From Octopus sinensis (lineage: Eukaryota): a DNA stretch of 64,000 nucleotides. The notes below the pieces were generated by a model. It saw only the letters and a program-made list of their open reading frames with translations, did not search any database and was not told where the DNA came from. A program made the position numbers and the translations under genes. Shown here one piece after another: positions 27,280-42,280 of this stretch; positions within the stretch are counted from its first letter, which is position 1, and each line of letters starts with the position of its first letter. The stretch covers positions 64,926,464-64,990,463 of the forward strand of contig NC_043011.1 of NCBI RefSeq assembly GCF_006345805.1, given 5' to 3'.

Positions 27280-27905
27280 TAAGGCTGCGAGCTGGCAGAA
27301 AGGTTAGCACGTCGGGAAAATGTTTAGCAATATTTCGCTTGTCTTTACGTTCTGCGTTGAAATTCCGCCGAGGTCGATTTTACCTTTCATCATTTCGGGT
27401 TCGATAAATTTAGTACCAGTTGCGTACTGAGGTCTATTGAATCGACTAGCCCCAGACCTAAAATGTCGGTCCTTGTGCCTAGAATAGAAAATAATTTCTT
27501 TCCTTTAATTTCTTTTAATGCGGCGAGCTGGCAGAAACGTTAGCACGCCGGGGAAATGCTTTGCGCTATTTCGTCCGCCACTACGTCCTGAGTTCAAATT
27601 CCGCCAATATCGACTTTGCCTTTCATCCTCTCGGGGTCGATTAAATAAGTACCAGTTACGCAATGTATTCGATGTAATGGACTTAATCCGTATGACTGTC
27701 CTTGTTTGTCTTCTCTGTGTTTAGCCCCTTGTGGGTAGTAAAAAAATAGGTATTTCGTCTGTCCTTACGCTCTGAGTTCAAATTCCGCCGTTGTCGACTT
27801 TGTCTTTCATCCCTTCTGGGTCGATAAATTAAGTACCATTTGCCTACGGAAGTGGATCTAATCAACTAATCTCCTCCCTAAAAAATTTGGGGCCTTGTGC
27901 ATATA
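27280..27905 (+). mobile_element. Three adjacent copies of a tRNA-derived SINE
   Basis: Repeated GCGAGCTGGCAGAA..GAGTTCAAATTCCGCC..GGGTCGATAAATTAAGTACC blocks. Confidence 0.85.
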
Positions 27906-28242
27906 TTGGAACATATTAATAAAAGTTATTATTATATGTTTTGTTTCAACTCTTGTCCCCTACTCGAGATAATCGTAAATATTTTAGTGTTGAAAGGAAA
28001 AGTAGCTGCTTGGTGAATAGACCAAATTCTACAGGTGTGTAAATAGATTCGTCAGAAGGTGAGAAGGTCAGCAATGGACATTCCTGTGCGATAAGGAGAC
28101 AAAAGAGGTCTCAAGCCCTTTAGGTCAGCAGAGGTCAAATGTGTTTACTACCTCTAGCGATCAATGAGAGCACTGACCCAGGCCTTGAAAATTATTTAAT
28201 TATTTATCTAATTATTGATAGAATATATATATATATATACAT

Positions 28243-28396
<154 letters not shown>

Positions 28397-28871
28397 CTGA
28401 TGTCCAAATCGTTGAATATTGAATTTCTGAAATGTGTCTTCCTCTTTTTTTATATGTTTTTTTCTGTAGTTTACAGTTGTTTGTAATTGTGCAGTTTGTA
28501 TAAGTTGGCAGGTGCTTACCTCCTTAATTTTTTGCCCTCCTGCATTTGTGTTGTGGCAATAAAAATTATGTTTACATATTCGGGTTGTCAGGGAGAAAAA
28601 AATATAAAAATTTCATACAAAATTGTTGATATTAAAGTTTTTAAAGTTTGCTAGCGATGTTCGTTTGTATGTCCAATTGGAGGTGACAGCAGTGTTTTTG
28701 CAATAATGGAAAGTAAAATTTTCCCAGAAAGTTGTAGATATTAAATTTTTAAGAGTTACTAAAGATGGTCATTTGTATGTCTTCAGAGACAACTGAAGAA
28801 TTGTTAGAATCAAAAGGACGTTTACATTTTCGAATGTTGACAAAAATATGTAAAATTTGTATATGTTGCAG

Positions 28872-28962
28872 TTAAAAAGGAATGCCTGAGGTTGGCCACA
28901 CAGCAGTGCACTGCAGTCATGAGGAAATTTCCTGTAAGAAGTCCAGATGTCAACTACTGCAA
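28872..28962 (+). CDS. Cluster gene 1 exon A2: KKECLRLATQQCTAVMRKFPVRSPDVNYC
   Basis: TTGCAG acceptor (phase 1), AA|GTACAT donor (phase 2), C-x7-C-x16-C. Confidence 0.82.
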
Positions 28963-30004
28963 GTACATGCACTTTATTTTATTAATTTTATTCTCGAATT
29001 TCAATTCCGTCAAAGTTGACTTCGCCATTTCGGGGTCGACGAAATTATGTAACACTTGAGAATGGAGTTGATTTAATTGACTAACATCTCTGATAAATAT
29101 CCAGGCACTGTACCAGAAACTAGGGTTATGATTATATTTAATAAATATAGTGAGAAATAACCCACTGATCTGGCTGGATCGTACCAGTTGAGTGCTGGTG
29201 TTGATATAATCCACTACCACAAAATTGCTGACATTGTGCCTAATTTGGAAATCAATATGGAGGGTAGGAAAACTGCCAGAATCGCCAGCACACGTGAAGA
29301 ATTTATTCCACGGCATTCATTCAAAATGTACTCCAAGAAATCAAGTTCCACCAAGTTCTATTTGCTTCTCATGCCTCCCGAGTCTAAGAAATAAGGAGCA
29401 ATTCTGCACTTGCGTTGATATAACTGAGTTACGCCCTTCCCGAAATGATAATAAGTGTGCCAATATTTGAAAAGATAAAGCAGCAAAGTTAGCCGACTAA
29501 TAAGTCGGTTGGGTAAATTCCATCGCAATATTTCCCCCGGCATCTTTGGTCCTATTATCCTCCCGAAGCTGAGTACGCTTTCGTCGTTCCGAGTTGGTTG
29601 ATATCAAATACCTGTCAGCAAACTGAAATCGAATGTATGGGTTGCTTTCTCGAATATGCTTCAATTAAAACCATCATTATTGAATATTTAAATTCGTAAC
29701 TTATCTCCATGGATGTTACTAATATCGTATGCATTGCGAGGGGTTTAGGAAATGTTAGATGATATGCATTAAAGACGTTGTGATGTCAATGCATTAACAG
29801 TAAATATAATATTGACCTAACAATGACAAACACAATGGAGACTTTGGGCGAAATGCTAGGAGACCACATCTGCCTAGTTTTCTGTTCCCACCACACATTG
29901 CGACGAATACTGGAATTATTTAGATCACACACACGCACACTCACACACACACACACACACTCGCGCACAAACACACACGCTCACACACATATATACACAT
30001 ACAT

Positions 30005-30035
<31 letters not shown>

Positions 30036-30036
30036 G

Positions 30037-30078
<42 letters not shown>

Positions 30079-30129
30079 CATATATGTACATGTGTTCATA
30101 AAAATATCCATATGTATGTTATATGTATA

Positions 30130-30460
30130 TAGGCGCAGGAGTTTCTGTGTGGTAAGTAGCTTGCTTTCTAGCCACATGGTTCCGGGTTCAGTCCCACTGC
30201 GAGGCCCCTTGGGTTGACCAAAGACTTTGAGCGGATTTGGTAGATGGAAACTGAAAGAATCCCTGCGTATATATGTCTGTGTGTGTATCTGTGTTTGTCC
30301 CCCTTGCATTGCTTGACATCCTTTGCTGGGGTGTCTATGTCCCCATTAACATAGCGGTTCGGCAAAAGTGACCGATAGAACAAGTACTAGACTTACAAAG
30401 AATAAGTCCCGGGGTCGATTTTCTCAACTAAATCAAATGACTGAAACAAGTAAATGAGTA
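30130..30460 (+). mobile_element. tRNA-headed SINE
   Basis: GGCGCAGGAG..TGTGGTAAGTAGCTTGC..GGTTCAGTCCC head, GACTGAAACAAGTAAA tail. Confidence 0.85.
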
Positions 30461-30474
30461 ATATATATACATAT

Positions 30475-30509
<35 letters not shown>

Positions 30510-30534
30510 GATATATATATATATATATATATAT

Positions 30535-30578
<44 letters not shown>

Positions 30579-30593
30579 TATTATATATAAATA

Positions 30594-31657
<1,064 letters not shown>

Positions 31658-31958
31658 CATGTTCGTAAATATAAACAAATATACATGTGTCTCTGTGTGT
31701 CTCAACGTGTATGATTGTGGTGTGATTGTGTGTGAGTGAGTGCGTGTGTGTGAGTGTGTCTGTTTCCTACAATTTCCTAAGTACGGGAGATAGATCTGAC
31801 CTATAGTGAATGTTGACATAATGAAAACGATAGATACACACCCGGGCGTCCTTCGAAGTTATTTGCTCTATTTTATGCCAGATTATACATATGATTTTAT
31901 AAAGCTACGACTCAGTATAACTTTTCCAAATATTTGAGACTAATTTTTTGCATTTCAG

Positions 31959-32044
31959 GCGTTTAATACTTTTTGAGACGTGCTTCTCTCCGACAGATTC
32001 TTGTACTGTCCAGTTTCGAAAAAGTGTTAATGGCGAATGTTTAC
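31959..32044 (+). CDS. Cluster gene 1 exon B2: RLILFETCFSPTDSCTVQFRKSVNGECL
   Basis: TTTTTGCATTTCAG acceptor (phase 2), C|GTAAGC donor (phase 1), in frame with A2. Confidence 0.82.
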
Positions 32045-32256
32045 GTAAGCGAAGTAAGATATTTATAATATTTATGAAACAGAAATTTATACGACAGAAA
32101 TATTACCTTCGTTAATGATATTTTGACCTTAAATGAATAAAAATATATTGATTTTGTACAAACACGAGATTAAAAACGAGATTTTAGATAATGTCACCGT
32201 GAAGGGTGCAAGTAATTATCATTATTATTATTATTATTATTATTATTACTTTTTTT

Positions 32257-33327
32257 CTTCTTTCAAATCTGCTTCCATTTCTTGCCGAGTGTCTTCCAGA
32301 TTCCTAGGACAAAGAAACTCATAGTATACATTGGTAGGCCATTAAACCAAACTCAATAGTTCGTTCATTTAAAATTTTTTTTCTTTTTTTTAAAAGTTAA
32401 CTTAAAATACATGAGCAGCAACAGTTCTCACATCGACAATGACCTTCTCAATACGTGTGATGTACCAGTTAAGACAATCTTTTGCACTTCTTGCCGGGAT
32501 GTTAAGCCAGGGATCATTCTCATATAATTTTCGGTTCCTTTCTTGATCATTCCTAGTGCTCCTACGATCACTGGTATTGTAACCGCTTTGAGATGCCACA
32601 TTTTCTCAATTTCAATGAGTAGGTCTTTATATTTTCTGACCTTGTCAAACTCTTTCGCTGAGATATTATGATCACAGGGGATGCTCATATCGATCAATAA
32701 GCAAACTTTATTGTTTTGGTCTTTCACAACAATATCTGGTTTATTGGCCTTGATGGTTCGGTCTGTATGTATTGGAAAGTCCCACAGAATGATTACATTT
32801 TCTCCTTCAGTTACAACCTCAGGGTGGTGATTATACCACTTGCCGGCAGTTTTGATATTGTAATGCCGACTTATTAGCCAGTGTAGATATTGGCCAACTC
32901 TGTCATGTCTTAATTTATACTCCACTGGTGCTAAGACTTTACATCCAGAGATTAGGTGGTCCACTGTTTCAATCATGTCGTTGCAGAATCGGCATGTTGG
33001 GTCTGCTCCATTTTTCATCACATTGGCCTGGTAGTTCCGGGTTAATAGGCTTTGATCTTGAGCAGCCAGGATGAAACCTTCGCTCTCTGCTTTTAGCCCT
33101 GAGCTTCGTAGCCACTGATGGGTTTGCTTCTGGTCAACATCAGCTGTTTGCTACGGGCCACATATTTGCCGTACAGAGGTTTCTCCTCCCACCTATCAGC
33201 CAATTGCTCGTGCGCTTTTTTCGTTGCCATTATTTTTACCTTCTTTGCAACAATAGTTGCCATACATCCCTCGGGTTGTTCAGTTTGGGTATCCTGCACG
33301 AGATCAATAGCAAATTTTTTGCTTTCC
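32257..33327 (-). mobile_element. R4/Dong LINE family gamma, 5'-truncated copy 2
   Basis: Intact CCHC (CRFC..HLISGC) + RLE ORF 32428-33021; closely similar to 26208-26903. Confidence 0.93.
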
Positions 33328-33381
<54 letters not shown>

Positions 33382-33468
33382 TTATTATTATTATTATTAT
33401 TATTATTCGGGTTGTTCAGTTTGGGTATCCTGCACGAGATCAATAGCAAATTTTTTGCTTTCCTTTTA

Positions 33469-33527
<59 letters not shown>

Positions 33528-33582
33528 GGGTTGTTCAGTTTGGGTATCCTGCACGAGATCAATAGCAAATTTTTTGCTTTCC

Positions 33583-33658
<76 letters not shown>

Positions 33659-33713
33659 GGGTTGTTCAGTTTGGGTATCCTGCACGAGATCAATAGCAAA
33701 TTTTCTGCTTTCC
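33272..33713. repeat. Four copies of a 56-bp LINE 5'-junction segment separated by (TTA)n
   Basis: CGGGTTGTTCAG...GCTTTCC at 33272, 33408, 33527, 33658. Confidence 0.93.
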
Positions 33714-33770
<57 letters not shown>

Positions 33771-33772
33771 TC

Positions 33773-33824
<52 letters not shown>

Positions 33825-34469
33825 TATTATTATTATTATTATTATTACTACTATTTTTATTATTATTCTATGTTTGACTTTTGCTTTACATCTCTACATG
33901 TTGGCTCCAAGTCTCACCCGGAGACCTCAAGATACAACAAGTTCGAAGTTCATCTTGATGTTATGCCTAGGGTGCCATATATTTGATTTTAGAACCTTTA
34001 GAACTTTCGAAATACTTTGTAGAAATTCGTCCGTTTTTACGTTCTGAATTGAAATTCAACCGAGGGCGAATTTGCTTTTCATACTGTCAGTCCGATAAAA
34101 TAAGTAATAACTGAGAAAAAGAAGAAGAATACAAAAGATTATGATGAATGACACTCTAAAAATATATCTTCCGGTGTATTATAATTGCTGTTTAATTTCT
34201 AAATCTGTATTCGTATTTTACCATTCATGTTTACTAAAATAAATGCTATAGTACATTAAGTCTACGCAATGCTCTCGTCTACACTTATGGTATTTCCTTA
34301 GATAACACGCCGTGATCTGAGGATTTGAAATTGTGCTTGCCTTATTGCTCGAGAAAAACTGCTCACATTTTATATAACTTTCTGAGGAATGTCAACGATA
34401 TTGATTAAATGAACCCATCAATTTTAAACGGATACCACATTAACAAATTTTTTGCTTTGGTTGATTCAG

Positions 34470-34555
34470 GTGACGCTACCGATTGTATGTCAGTTTCTTG
34501 CATTCTTATACTGAACAGTATCCTACTTGCTGTTCTTGGTCCGACTCTGTCTTAG
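34470..34555 (+). CDS. Cluster gene 1 terminal exon, GPI-signal-like: (R)DATDCMSVSCILILNSILLAVLGPTLS*
   Basis: TTGATTCAG acceptor, phase 1 matches B2; polar spacer + hydrophobic tail; paralog at 9571. Confidence 0.75.
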
Positions 34556-34929
34556 TGGAATGCGAAGGTATGCACAGCGTGAGGCTAAAAGTCTAATGAA
34601 CATGTAACAGACATAGTTTTGTTAGTTTTACATTATATTAACTCTTAATCTTAGTATATAATAAAAGTATCAAAATATCTTTGAAATGCTAAGAATTATA
34701 TCTATTTCGTTTCAATACAATATTTCTTCACATTTAATATCTTTGCAGCATTATATTCAATTTTAATCCATTACTTTGTTAATGTTATATTGTTAGCGGG
34801 ACATAATTTTAAAATCAATTGCTTTTTAATACTTCATGAACGTTAAAAAATCCTGGAATATTTCTTTTTTTTTTTTTTGCAATAACAGAATAATTACTAA
34901 GTTTTACCATATATCTCTTTCGAAATTGT

Positions 34930-35420
34930 TGTCTTGAATAGCTATAGATCGGTCCAACGGTTCTTGCCACTTTGAGAATCCGACCTGGAGATATATTCGT
35001 GCCACTTTGGTATTCCGGCCGGGAAAGCGATTCGGGGACTTTCAGTGATTCGATCTGAATCTGGACAACGGTGTTAAAACGGCGATCGTTGAACTGCATT
35101 TCCACATTGGCGAAGAGAGAAAAATCCACAGTTCCTAGATCTGGCATATGGGGCGAGTACGGAAACGATACAATTTTGTTGTCGGAGAGAAATTCATGAG
35201 TAAGGTGAGCTCATTGACAATTATGAAGCGCCAATGCCTCTCAAAACATTGGCTATGACCCACTACCTGGTTTCCGTAAGTTTGCCGAATCTATCTCAAT
35301 AACTTTATTGCAGACTTCGCAGTAGAACACAAAGTTTCAGGTTGGTTCAATCTTCCTGTTCTTGACAAAATCGCAGACTACAGCATACACGCGATTACAT
35401 GACCCCAATATTCCCTATGT
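34930..35420 (-). mobile_element. Mariner relic, paralogous to 10010-10700
   Basis: KSAIKLLR*IRQTYGNQVVGHSQCFERHWRF HTH-like translation; lies in duplicated block. Confidence 0.6.
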
Positions 35421-36379
35421 GCAAATTAATCCCTGTGATGTCTCTTGACATACATACTGTCACATGAAGTTCACTGTCACCTCTCAGTGTGCATGCAACC
35501 TTGTGCCGCCATCTGTTTGTGAGCCATTGTAATAGTCCGAGATAGTTTTGATACCACCTTGTATTACAGCCAAGACTTATCTCTATAAATACACTGCAAT
35601 ATGAGATGCTATTCAGAAAATATTGAATATCAATTGCAGTTTAAATACTTCAGTATATTGAAAACACTCACATATGACGCTATGATCCTTAAAGCAACAA
35701 TATTATGTTATATTAGTAGAATATCAATACCCATAATATTACCATAACACTTTAAAGTCAATCGACGGCTTATTTCACAGTTACGCCTGAGAATCACTAC
35801 TACTGTGGGATATGTTACTACAACATTGACATTCTGCGATTCATAATTCATGACTTCTAAAAATGATAAATTTAATTGATCTAAAATCTTTCGGGAAATA
35901 AAACATAAGTTGAAAGTTTCCCAGAAGTTCATTATGAATGGATGTATGAAATACAAATTTGCACTGGGAACCATTTCAAGTCAAATTTTACCTCGGCAAA
36001 ATTTGAAATTAAAGGTTGAGAAAATGTCCTGATCATGGTGTGCGACCCAAACGAGTTTGCCGTGTTACTGCCGTTTTCGTTTAGGTAGGACATTAGAGAT
36101 TGTTGACTGTAGTTAATCCTGTTGGTTGGCAGGTGTATTAGTTTCCTGACTCCAGAGGGAAAAAAAGTTTATGTTGAGGAAAGAATGTAAGATTCCGTGC
36201 AAAATAATATGATTCACGGTCTGGTACAAGCTTTCTTTTGCCAAAGCTTTCTTTTCCCCTATGTGAACAAACAAATAATACAATGAAATATAACTGGAAC
36301 GTTAGATAATTCAAAAGCAGAAAAATATATAAAATAAACTACCCCACCATATATTTTAGCATTGCAATTCACGATATGT

Positions 36380-36636
36380 AAATATCTTGTAAAGACAGAA
36401 AAATTGAATGAAACTACAAAACTAATAAGGTTATCTAATGTAAAAATCAACATTGGGGGGGGGGCAACACATACACACAAACATACCCCCCCACACACAC
36501 ATATATATATATATACATATATACAAAGGACTTCTTTCTGTTTCCGTCTACTAAATCCAAACCTACCAAGGTGCCATGCAGTGGGACTGAACCCGGAACC
36601 ATGTGGTTGATAAGCAAGCTTCTTACCACACAGCCA

Positions 36637-36640
<4 letters not shown>
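36380..36640 (-). mobile_element. tRNA-headed SINE, partial
   Basis: GGGACTGAACCCGGAACCATGTGG head on minus strand. Confidence 0.75.
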
Positions 36641-36709
<69 letters not shown>

Positions 36710-36875
36710 TGTGTGTATCCATGTGCTATTTTCAAATCAGTAACAAGGATGTTCAGGTAGCAGTGCATTTCGACCATTTCAAGCGACTGCATTTAATCGA
36801 TCAATGGAAACATTACGTGAATTTGAAGTAAACCACTCTCTTCGGACGCAGACGACTATAGAGATTTCGAACATA

Positions 36876-36912
36876 ATGGATAGGTCTATATTATTTTTGC
36901 TAATTTTCATCA
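36876..36912 (+). CDS. Candidate gene 3 exon 1: MDRSILFLLIFI
   Basis: ATG + hydrophobic run, phase-1 donor A|GTACAA (weak). Confidence 0.4.
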
Positions 36913-37586
36913 GTACAAAAGACTGAAATGATTAGATTGTTTTCTCTTACAATTTATATGGCAGAATGAATTTCAGGGAAAAGGTATATCTAAAGCCTAC
37001 TATAACTTATATTCTTAGAGGAAAATAATGGGGGATATGAAAGAGGAATGACTATATAACTATATTTATATTCCTTTGCTGGGACTACATTTATGCGTAT
37101 TGTAACTCATTCTCACAAATCGAGAACTGGTTAAAAAGTGTTGCGTTCTGCAAAAAATATATTCTTTCGTTGAATGATATAAAAGCCCAAACAATGCAAA
37201 TAAATTTTAAGATGGGGTAACGTAAACTAAAAGTAAGTTACTAGGTAATCTTTGGCGTGTATGTATCCAACATTTCGTGACATACAAGTCCCTTCTTCAG
37301 AGTTAAAAATTAACTGTCCTTAGAACGATACAATGCTTCAAGCAAACTATAAAATCTTATAGTATATACTTCCCTCTTTTTTCAGCCCTCAACATTTCCT
37401 TATGTTAAAAATAAATTCCATTTTATACAAATTGTCTTCTAACATTTAGAACGTTGACAATTTCTAAATTTCTGGGTTCTTCACATGTCACAACAATGAC
37501 TAAATGTTATCAAATCTTCTATTAGAATTTCGTATCTTGTGATGGATCTAGAAGAAAGATAAACCTGTTAATTGGTTTGAAATAAG

Positions 37587-37674
37587 ATGCCTGTATTGAA
37601 GCATTCTCTAATAGAGCACTCTGTATACGCAATCAAATATACCAAATGCTGCACTATCCGGTGGTGAATACATG
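37587..37674 (+). CDS. Candidate gene 3 exon 2: (N)ACIEAFSNRALCIRNQIYQMLHYPVVNT(C)
   Basis: Open, phase 1 to 2, TG|GTAATA donor; C-x16-C with P12/N15 like A exons; weak acceptor. Confidence 0.45.
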
Positions 37675-38022
37675 GTAATAACTACGTTTATGTAGAATAG
37701 ATTTTAATTTTTAGATCTGATTTCCTTTCAAGAAATTCGTCATATATATTTTTTCATAAAGCTTTCGTGATGGCCATTGTTTCTTTCCACCAAAATACTT
37801 GTTCGTATTAGGCTGTATATAAAGAAAATATTTGGAGTATCAAATAGTTTATCAAAATACAAAACCTATGTTCAATACTTATATCCTAGCAACGAATACG
37901 GTGGAGACTGTGATTTCAGTGTATAAATTTAAATTCCATATGAAATTATCATAAATATAGCGCATAGCAAGTTGCCAAAGCATGAATTCTCGTACGGCGC
38001 AATAAGAATATTATTTATATGT

Positions 38023-38100
38023 CGTAATCCCTCGACTATCACGGATGTTACGTTCTAAAATCCCCTGCGATGAACATCCGCCAAGTAGAAACAGTACTGT
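38023..38100. mobile_element. Possible pogo/Tigger-like TIR fragment
   Basis: TAATCCCTCGACTATCACGG..TTACGTTC resembles Tigger-type termini; recognition only. Confidence 0.3.
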
Positions 38101-39227
38101 ATTTAAAAAAAAAATATGTTATAGTCTGTTTATATTCATTTTATTATAAATGCAAAACAACACCACGGAAGACTCGCCGTAAGCTTAAATAATGAACCGC
38201 CATGGGTGAACCGCGTATGGGAAGGGATTACTGTATTAGAAAATAAATGTATTAATACACTTTATACGTAAGACATGTCTCAGGCTCTATAATTTGTATT
38301 TACAAGGAATACCTACAATGATTACGAAATTCATGTGACTAAGTGTGCGTCCATAACGCCACACATAACGAATATTTAAACGTTTGCGCACACACACACA
38401 CGTATAAAACTTCTACCGAAACTATTTCCGATTTGAAATATAATATAATAAAAGTAATATACCTCATTGATTTCTATAAGAGTTTTCGTTCGAATGCTTT
38501 ATTTGGAAACACTTTCTTGTTATAGAATGATATAAAAATTATAATCGTATCCATCTAAATTGTTTTACAAGAAACAAGTATTTTAGATTTTAGAAATTAT
38601 CGCGAATATTTTGCCTGATATTTGGCTGATATTTATTATTTAATTTTTTTTATCCCACCATATATTAAATATGAACTCCTTTGGGCGAAAATCTTCCCGG
38701 CTGTAAGCTAGATATGTAACTTCGATTATGCTCTTGACGATGGTTCCTCATAAGGTATGATGAATGATCCATTTCTCATCTCCGGTACATCTACTGTTCT
38801 AAAACTTTACAAGAAATCGGAGGTTAAAAAAATATTCTAAAGACAGGATATGTTGATCATATTTTCTAAACATTTCGAAGTTTAGAACGTTCTAAGACTC
38901 AAGTTTGAATGATAATAATAATCATGTACACATGCGCACTCAAAAATACATACACACACAGAATGTTAGCACCGACACAGAGCAGGAGGCTCTGAGAAAT
39001 ATTATACTGCAATTCAAAAGCCTAATATGATTGTAGACTAACAAGAATTACGCCAGGGCTTTGAACAGTATCTAATTACAGATTCACGGATGGAAAGCTT
39101 CTTGTTGCTAGATAAAGGTCCCTGTAAATAATGAATTATTCGCTTGCATTATATCGCAATGCATGAAGGCAAGAGGAAATATAAACACTTGAAATTTATC
39201 CCTCTCATAATCCCGTTTATAATACAG

Positions 39228-39374
39228 TGGGCACTCCAAAGTACGGGAGAGAGCTGCTCAATGTGTAGAGGGTGGTGTCCTCAAGATCGACGTTAAATAT
39301 TCATTTTCGAACTAATCGACATCCGCAAAGATTTTCATGTCCGGTATTCCTTCTATCGATTACATAACGGAGAG
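39228..39374 (+). CDS. Candidate gene 3 exon 3: (C)GHSKVRERAAQCVEGGVLKIDVKYSFSN*STSAKIF..ITE(R)
   Basis: ATACAG acceptor, GAG|GTAAGA donor, 147 nt phase 2-2; TAA at 39313; possible next exon at 39433 (RCNFFY..). Confidence 0.35.
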
Positions 39375-41441
39375 GTAAGAAAGCAAGATATTCTTCTTAA
39401 ATCCAAGAACTTCACCACCTTATTTAATTCAGATGCAACTTTTTTTACATCAAAAGCAAGAGCTTCGACAACTTTCCTTTGTCGGCCTGGTGGTCACCAC
39501 TCTCTTCGGATTGACTACCTACTTAACAGATTTTGCATTCCTCTTTATGCCAAAAATATTAAGTAGAATTTTCGCTGGCAGAGAGGATGAACACCTTGCT
39601 TTTCCTTTGTCTCGTTCCACTTGCTTCAATGTTTTTCCTGTTTTTCGTCCCGTTTTCTTTGTCCATGTTTCCTTACAGACCATCTTCCTGGTTTTCAAAT
39701 ACGTAAACAACATGTATTGTGCCTCAAATTTGGATTAGTGCCACATGGCATGCTATATATTTTTGCCAAATTATTTATCTCTATAACATAAAACTACAAC
39801 TTTTGAATTTTTTTACATGTGTTCTATTGAAATTATATCCAGCACTGAAATTTACGTTTTATGTAAGAATATGTATTTGTAATCTATGAGATCGATATGA
39901 ATAAAAAATAGAAGATGGGTGTATAAAAATATTTCAGAGTTGTTGCACCAACGCATTAACCATCCTCGAGCATATTGATAAAATATTCAGTAAATATAGC
40001 GGTGTGACACAATTGAATAACGCATTCCTGGCAACTGATGCGCACATATTAATTACTGCTAGGGACATGGTATTTCATTTTGCAACCATATTATACTACT
40101 AAGTATATTATTGGTTTATAAGTAAATTCTGTGTACTTTCTGTGTTAGCAGTGCGATTTAATCATTTTTAATTCATCTAAACAGCATTTCTATAGAATTT
40201 AGAGCTAGCACTTAATACTACTATTGAAGGAATACTGAATGTAATTATGTAGAGCACAGACTTTTATATATTACATGTTTTAATCATAAGACTGCATTCT
40301 CACTGGAAACAAAAGATTGGAAAATGTTGTCTAAGGAATCGACACCAATAATTATTTCCATGTCCGGTAATTCCACTGTCGATTTCCATAGCAAGCCACT
40401 AAGTTATGGAGAAATAAGAAATGAACAAATAGTCTGAAGCAGTACTGCAGGAAAACACATACAGATACACGAAGGCACTCACACATACACTCACAATTTA
40501 GACAAACACACACATACCACACAGCCATACACACACAAACACGCACACACAAACACACGCATGCACTGAGTCATGCTATGCAATTTTGTTCGATAATTGT
40601 GATATCTGTGCATGAAACATATGGTAGATCACATTTAAATCATGTGTTTATTAAATGATATTTATCTCTCGGAGGATGGATTTCCTTTTTGTGAATCCTA
40701 CCAATCACGCAAGAAAAACTGTACGTCTTATATTCTTACTTTTATAACATTATCACTTTCCCGCCAAACATATACATAGACAAATGTGTTTATAGGCAAA
40801 TTTCTGCTTATATAGTTACGTCCCTTTAACAATAAACGATTGATGACTCGGATCTGTTGTGGATGTACATGCAGAGATAAATCTAAACGTTGTCTAGGCT
40901 AGGCAAGTGATAACTTCTCCGTTGTTTATGTAGCACACCTAGCACTAAGCTATGCCCATGACCGGGCAATGACCAAGCCTTATAATGGTTCTGTGGATGG
41001 ACAATTTAAATCTGGATACATCAATTATTTTCAAAATTTACATCCTATGAGGAAAGACATAGACAGCTTCCTAGTAATTAATCTGGAAACTTAAGTGCGA
41101 GAAGATCAGCTATAACAAAAATTGTGAATATGATTTCTCTGTCCAAACTGTATATTAACGGACCAGAAAGATGTGAAAGTTAGCTATTAAAATCTAAATG
41201 GTCTATGAAAACCAGAAACCAATGACAAGTAAAAGAAGATATGTTTCTCTCTTAAAAGTAGGAGAAACTTGGTGAAATTTGCGACGTGGTCAATATTTCG
41301 GCTTTCGTCGAAGTTTCAGCACAGCTTTTATTCATTTGCGCGTTTCGCTAAATTTTGACGCTCAAACACTCACCACAAATGGGTTACACGAGTTACATAT
41401 GTAAATTATGTACGTGCCTGTATTTATATATATATATATAT

Positions 41442-41731
41442 ATAAAATAAGGGCAAAAGAAAATTTCTAATGCCATATATGCCGAAAAAGACAAAATTAT
41501 CATTAACCGTTCCATAGGTATGAGTATTTCATTTATGCCTTACGTATTTATCGCTGAGGAGGGGAAAATTTCTATGAATTAACCCCCAAAGTAGGGGCCA
41601 ATACGGTAATAACGTTTTTTTTAGAAGTTTCTATCGGCTTGTTTCGAGACGCTTAAATTATAAAGATTATTGACAATTTTGTCTTTTTCGGCATATTTGG
41701 CATTAGAATTTTTATTTTGCCCTTATTTTAT
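41442..41731. repeat. ~65-bp inverted repeat around a decayed hammerhead-like motif
   Basis: ATAAAATAAGGGCAAAA..GACAAAATT mirrored at 41665-41731; CTGAGGA-GGGG..CCCC-CAAA at 41554-41590. Confidence 0.7.
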
Positions 41732-41951
41732 GGATTAATAAATTAAACTTTTAAAGGTATTTTTTTTATATGCTGGCCATTGATAACATTTTTTTCGAAG
41801 AAACATTTATCCTACATTAGTTATATATATTATATATATAATGGTCTGCTCGCTTAGACAGCGGTGTAGCGTCATTTGAAGGCTAAAACAATGCGAAGCG
41901 CATTGTGACCAGCGATATGTAGCAACATCTGATAGCCTGGTCGGTCACGTG

Positions 41952-42022
<71 letters not shown>

Positions 42023-42039
42023 TTTATGTATATATACGC

Positions 42040-42249
42040 TTTACTCTTTTACTTGTTTCAGTCATCTGACTGGGACCATGCTGGAGCAACGCCTTTAATC
42101 GAGTAAATCGACCTCAGGATTTAATTATTTGTACGCCTAGTACTTATTCTATCGGTTTCTTTTGCCGAACCGCTAAGTTACGGGGACATAAACACACCAA
42201 CATCGGTTGTCAAGCGATGTTGGTGGGATAAACACAGACCCACATACAT

Positions 42250-42280
<31 letters not shown>

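Noticed and set aside
33272-33713. CRISPR-like repeat-spacer appearance
   Set aside because: Eukaryotic context, spacers are TTA microsatellite, and the repeat is LINE sequence
37265-37308. Minus-strand CTGAAGA..GAAA motif
   Set aside because: No stem I or III pairing
40352-40558. Minus-strand ORF with an acceptor-like site
   Set aside because: Mostly CA repeat; no partner exons on that strand
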